Below are positions 40,675-64,000 of a DNA stretch of 64,000 bases, piece after piece. Location: assembly GCA_012295275.1 (NCBI GenBank), contig CM022666.1:806001-870000 (forward strand), written 5' to 3'. This stretch comes from Chrysomallon squamiferum (taxonomy: Eukaryota; Animalia; Mollusca). How positions within the stretch are numbered: position 1 is the first letter of the stretch; each line of letters opens with the position of its first letter. The notes below the pieces were generated by a model. The model saw only the letters and a program-made list of their open reading frames with translations, did no database searches and was not told the DNA's origin. The translations under genes and the position numbers were made by a program.

Positions 40675-40940
40675 ACAAAGAAATAATCAACAGCAAAGCT
40701 CAACACATTTGAAATCCACAGTTTAAATAGGCTCATGCTTCTGTTTAAAGATAATACATACAGCAGAGAAGAAACCTTACATCTGCCGTGCTGAACTTAC
40801 TCTTTTATCATCCGCATCAAGGCATCTTTTATTTTCACCTTCTAAAATAATGACCTTGTTTATGGGTCATGACAATAGTGGGGGGGGAGGGAGCAGTAAT
40901 TCAGTGGATGCCTGAAAGGATGATCATGTGATCCAGTCAT
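40675..40940 (-). mobile_element. Degraded SINE relic
   Basis: gctcaacacattt...gagaagaaacc...ttactcttttatcatccgcatcaaggcatctttt, collinear with the other copies. Confidence 0.45.
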
Positions 40941-43028
40941 CTTCTGATCAGTCAAGAATATAAAACCCTAAAAAAAACCTACTATTTTGATTTTGAACAC
41001 AATATGTTCTCAATTTTATGCTCTTTGATATTATTCTTCAATATGTGTGGATGTACAATGTGTAGTAGATGTGAACAGACAAAATGCATTTTTTGATTTA
41101 GTTTTTATTAGTTATATTACTTGGGTTTATGTTCCAATCTTTGCTAATATATATATATATATATATATTAAAAAGTGTAAGAATCATTAAATGCTGAAAT
41201 TCATATTTCAACTGTAATATCTTTTCATGTGTAGAAAAGTAAAAGCCAAAACAGATAATAAAAATAATAAATCTGTTCAGTGAAAATCTTCCTTAGTTTT
41301 TATTCAGAATTTTTAAACAATAAAAAAATTTAATAATAATAATAAAAAAAATATAGATATATATATAAAAAATAATAGAAATAAATTATGAATTAGTGAA
41401 TCAACTTGGTTTTTCTAATTTTCAGTTATTTATTTTAATTTTCTTCAGCCTCTCACTTAAAATATATATTCCAATGGAGAAGAGAATGAATAACAACAAC
41501 AACAACAATAAAAATTAATTAATTAATAGATAACCATAAAATAAACAACAACAAAAAAACACACATATGGATAAAATATGTTTTATCCTTTCATAACAAG
41601 AAATAAAAATATACTTACATATTTATACATGTATATGTTCAAACAAACACTACTGCTGGTTCAAATATTTAACATACAGATTAAGCTAACAATATTTTTC
41701 AGTATCACCACAATAACACAAATGTAGCTTATTATGTACAGTTAGCTAAATAGACTATGCCTCAGAAAATGTATTTAGATTTGTATTTTATTCACTTTTT
41801 ACAATAATCATTTCAGCAAGTGTTGTGAAATTAATATTATAAAACAGCATGTTACAAAAATAATTTATATTAGTGGCTTGAAAACTGAAAAAAATAATAA
41901 TAATAACAATAATAATAATAATAATAATAATAAGGGAAGATGGCATTCCACAATTAAATATTTTTTAAATTAATAATTTTGGAAACTAAATTATTAAATG
42001 GTAATACCAGAGTTAAAAACCCCAAAATGTTTACCATAGAAAAAAAAAAAAAAAATCAATAAATATTTTCAATATCGCAATAAATAACATGAAAATATTA
42101 TAAAATATAAAGTCAAATAACTGAATTGATTGAAAAAAATGTCTTTTAGAAATGAAGTTTTCTTCAGTATTTTCCAGTTGAACTTTATTTTATTGGTTTT
42201 AAACTGAAAAATTCCATAAATCACAATAATTTTGACCCTAACAGTTTTGAAACTGTTATTAACAAGTAATTTACAAAATGTTAATATCAATAATGTTAAA
42301 AAACAAGATTATAAAGTAACGAGTTATATATACATATCCATTTTGTTAACATATTCACATCTATAGTTTTGTAAACTTATAATTTTAATAACCTTTTATC
42401 ATTTTAAAATGTTTTTATTTCCTTACCCTGCACATACCCCACTCCAATTTACTATGTTTCTAATATTCAAATAACAGGATACAATTACAAACAAGTCCTT
42501 ACTTCCTTTGGTTGCATTAACTGGAATTATTCAAGTCTTATTCAAACCAAGTTATGAACATTCTTTGGGAATTAAAATCTTGGTATACATAAATATAAAT
42601 ATATATATATAACTGTAATGTGTGTGCGTGTGTGTAATTTATAATAAACACCATTTTAATACATCATCCATTTTACTGGATTTAAAATTTTAAAACAATT
42701 TTCAAATGTTAACTGTAATATTCTCAAGAAATAAGAATTTATAAAGTTTTAAATATTGGATAAATATATTAAATACATTTCATAGACTTCCTTGTGAGTA
42801 TTTTATATTGTAGGACCCCACACTTTGCTAATAATAAAGTACGGAGTAGTAAAATCACTTTTTGAATGGAACCTATTCATAATCAGTAATATAACAAATG
42901 AACACTGAATAAATAAAACAAGTATTATCAATTTATTAACAATTATTAATTTTATTTTTTGTTTACATATCTGTAAAAAACAAAACAAAAATCAAATAAC
43001 ATCACAGCAAAGATAAATTATTATTATA

Positions 43029-43068
<40 letters not shown>

Positions 43069-45106
43069 GGACACAAGCCACTCTTTTTCTAATCATTAAT
43101 TTCTTCTTTTTAATGAAACCATTTCATCTTGACAAGATTTCTTTTATCTCAGATTTGTCCTCTTATACTTAATTATTATCAAAGGTTGGAGTCCAGTTAT
43201 AAATAAAACAAATACTGGAGGTATATAGTATGTACTACTATGTTGATTTGTTAACAGAAACATTTTTTAAACGATTTCATTTAAAATTATTCATCTTATG
43301 TATGGAACTTTTAGAAAATTCATTTTTATTACAAATATCAAATTTAATACTCAGTATAGTTTATTTACTAGTAACATACTGAGTTATTAGGGCATGTGTT
43401 ACAGGGGAATACAAGAAAAATTAATTCCTGTCACCATATCACTATATAATGGATATATTATGTACAGATTTTAGTCGGATATAAAATGGAAATGTTCTTG
43501 AAGCAAATTAATAAAAAAATAAATAAAAAATAAATTAATAAAAAATAAATAAAAAATAAAAAATAAAGATGCATTATTTTACATTTAAACAAATATAAGT
43601 TATGTTTTGTAATCTATCAGTATATTTTTGGATTATGAGTTTCTTGAAGTTCAACATTTTCAAAATGCAAAAAAAAAAAGAATAAATTTCATTTCTAGAT
43701 TTCCACATTTTCATACAGTTGTGCATCACGAATTTGTGCATTTTAAGATACTTTCCCACCCTCAGTCTTCTGTGAGCATTAAAGTAATTTTAAGTTTATT
43801 ATTATTAAAGTAATTACTGTAAAAAAAAAAAAAAAAATGTTTTCTAAAAAATAATAATAAATTATTTAAACTTATGAACGGGTAGTAATGTATTGTTAAA
43901 AGTAATCAGATATTTCTGTGATTAATAATATAAATCATAATATCAGTCTTATGATTCAACACTTGATTTCACAACTTACACAGTACAATTAGCTATGAAT
44001 TTCTTAATAAATTAACTTCATTTTAACTGAATTCTTAAAATACAAATAATTTTGTTTTAAATTTAAATTTAAATATTTATCTTCATGCCACAATTATTTG
44101 CATTTTAAAGAGAAAAAGGATTTTTTTTTTATAAATTCATTAACTCTCTTTATTTATTCCATAATTAATAAAATTTAAATATATATATCAGAAGAACTCT
44201 TTAAATAATCTGAATATATGAAATCTACTGTATCATTATTTGATGAAGCAAAAAAAAACAGCAGTGCAATACATACACAATTTTCAATTGTTATTCTAAT
44301 TAACATTTTTCTAAAATAAAACTCTCTGTACCCATAAGAAAAAAAGGTCGATTTTTACATTTTTTAAACATGTATAAAGATATTGAAGAATTAGTCAACA
44401 CATTTTTTAAATCTTATGTCCTAAAAAGGTTTTCCGTAAACAACTAATCTATTACCCATTATTTTCTATATACTGGAGATACTAAAGTGTATATATATGT
44501 GTGTGTGTGTGTATGTGAAGAATTAATCCAAAGGTCCATTAATAAGAAATTCCTCAGAATCTTATGAGACTAGCCAAACCTTGTAACCAGTAGAATATAT
44601 CTTTAATAAATTAGTCACTATATTCATTGCTTATAAGAAAGAAACAAAAATCAAAAAAAAGAATCTGTATCCAGCTGTACTGAATCTTCAGTGAAGGACA
44701 GGAGGTGGTGGTGGAGGTAAGCATTATCACATCCTCCTACCTCCCAAACCCACCTTGTCTTTCCTCCACAAACTCGATCCAAGGACAAATGTACAAAAAA
44801 AAGAACACATATTAAAGATTTCTCACTCCAAATACAATTTCTGAAATTTTTGTGGTTGTTGTTGTTGTTGTTGTTGGTTTCATCCATCAGATAATAACCC
44901 ACAATCTGATTATCCATAAAACATAATTTGAGAAAGACCTAGTTTGTAGGTTTGTATGTTTGAGTGCTTCTCGTAGGGTCAGCTGAAGTTTGAGCAAAGC
45001 ATTCACGACAAAGTACTGATAGCTGCGCAGATAGAAAGGATTCTCCAAGATGGGCATGCTGGAGGGGGGGGAGGTCTGTCTACTCAGTCTGTGTAAACAA
45101 CTTGTT

Positions 45107-62799
<17,693 letters not shown>

Positions 62800-62809
<10 letters not shown>

Positions 62810-62945
62810 GTTGCTGAATATGTACAATGACCTTTGACCTTATATTCCCGCGTGAACTTTTAAAACGTAGAGTACTGTCCCTTCCAAAAGGATGGTCGAA
62901 ACTCGGCGCGGTAAACTACGACTAACGAGAAACTTGAACGAGTCA
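62800..62945 (-). promoter_or_regulatory. IPO5 core promoter / 5' UTR region
   Basis: CpG dinucleotides are visibly retained (~62350-63260) against a CpG-poor background. Perfect DR1 TGACCTtTGACCT at 62828-62840. YY1-like CAACATGGCTGC overlaps the start codon. Confidence 0.6.
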
Positions 62946-63717
62946 ATAAACAAATATTATTATTATTATTATTATCATTATTATTATTATTAATTAGGTA
63001 TATTTATTAATTAAAAAATAATGAGAAGTAAAAGAAACAATAATACAAAAGAAAAAAATTAAACAATAGAGAAACGAAAATAATCGAGTTACCTATGTAA
63101 AAAGTTGATCGTCTCAGGTGTTTCTGCTCACAGTATTGTTACAGTGTACAGATATTAAATAAATAAATAAAACACATATACACATTTGCGATGAAATGGA
63201 ACAGAATCGGCAGTGTAATACTGAGTTTAAAATTTAATGAGAAATATTTGTCGTATCTGCTTACTTCAACTAACATTGTTATTGTTGTTACTATTAAAAC
63301 AAATAAAAAATTCATTTTCATTTCATTGCGCCTAAAATAATAAATAAAAAAAAATAAATAAATAAATAATAGAAGTGTAAATACAGATAATAATAATAAT
63401 TAGTAGTAGTAGTAGTAGTTGTTGTTGTTGTTGTTGTTTTGTTGTTGTTGTTGTAGTAGTAGTAGTTAATAATAATTAGTAGTAGTAGTAGTAGCATTCA
63501 GTATTAACGCTAGAAGATAACATATTAAATATATTAATTTTATTATAACCCCCACAAAAACAAAAACAAACAAACAAAAAAACACCTGAGAAATACATTG
63601 GTTAGGCACGTACAATTCTACATTATCATTCTCAGCATCAGTATTATCTTCATAATCATTATTATTAATCTGTTTTATATGGGGGTTTATTATTATTATC
63701 ATCATCATTATGATCTA

Positions 63718-63772
<55 letters not shown>

Positions 63773-64000
63773 TCTTTCTATATTACTACTACTACTACTA
63801 TTACTTCAATCATTAATACAACATCACTTAGTAGAGGTTGTTTAAGGCTCAAAGCAAAATACATATTTCTGCTTAGATAGTAGATCGTTTGCACAATTAT
63901 ACAATGACGATAATTTGCGCAGTCGTTAGAGAAATCAAAAAAGTCAAACATTAAATCAGCTGGTTGCTAATCTATAATCATTTGAATAGTAGTAGTCATG

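Overview
AT-rich, microsatellite-dense, intron-rich eukaryotic DNA, inferred from SINE relics and gene structure to be from an invertebrate, probably a gastropod mollusc. The one firm gene is a complete importin-5 (IPO5 / karyopherin beta-3) on the minus strand. I assembled it by hand: 28 coding exons from ATG at 62809 to TGA at 45107, 3291 nt, 1096 aa, all splice phases consistent, with one GC-AG intron. About 6.7 kb downstream, a CpG-retaining island holds the first exon of a second minus-strand gene (38075-~38385, perfect GTAAGT donor). The remaining ~38 kb to the left has no recognisable coding exon and looks like that gene's very large first intron. FARP1/2 (Cdep) is a candidate identity, from recalled IPO5-FARP synteny only. 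Non-coding DNA contains a 1.35-kb 21-bp minisatellite, old ~160-190-bp tandem arrays, degraded Nin/Deu-type SINE relics, a hAT-type MITE with TIRs and a TSD, and many SSRs. The most unusual signal is tandem duplication of splice sites: five copies of the IPO5 exon-21 acceptor (four decoys or poison microexons), a duplicated exon-10 donor, and a 17-bp array of CAG|GT junctions. There is also a candidate alternative C-terminal exon of IPO5. Most entries in the ORF track are low-complexity artefacts. No database searches were possible, so homology statements rest on recall.
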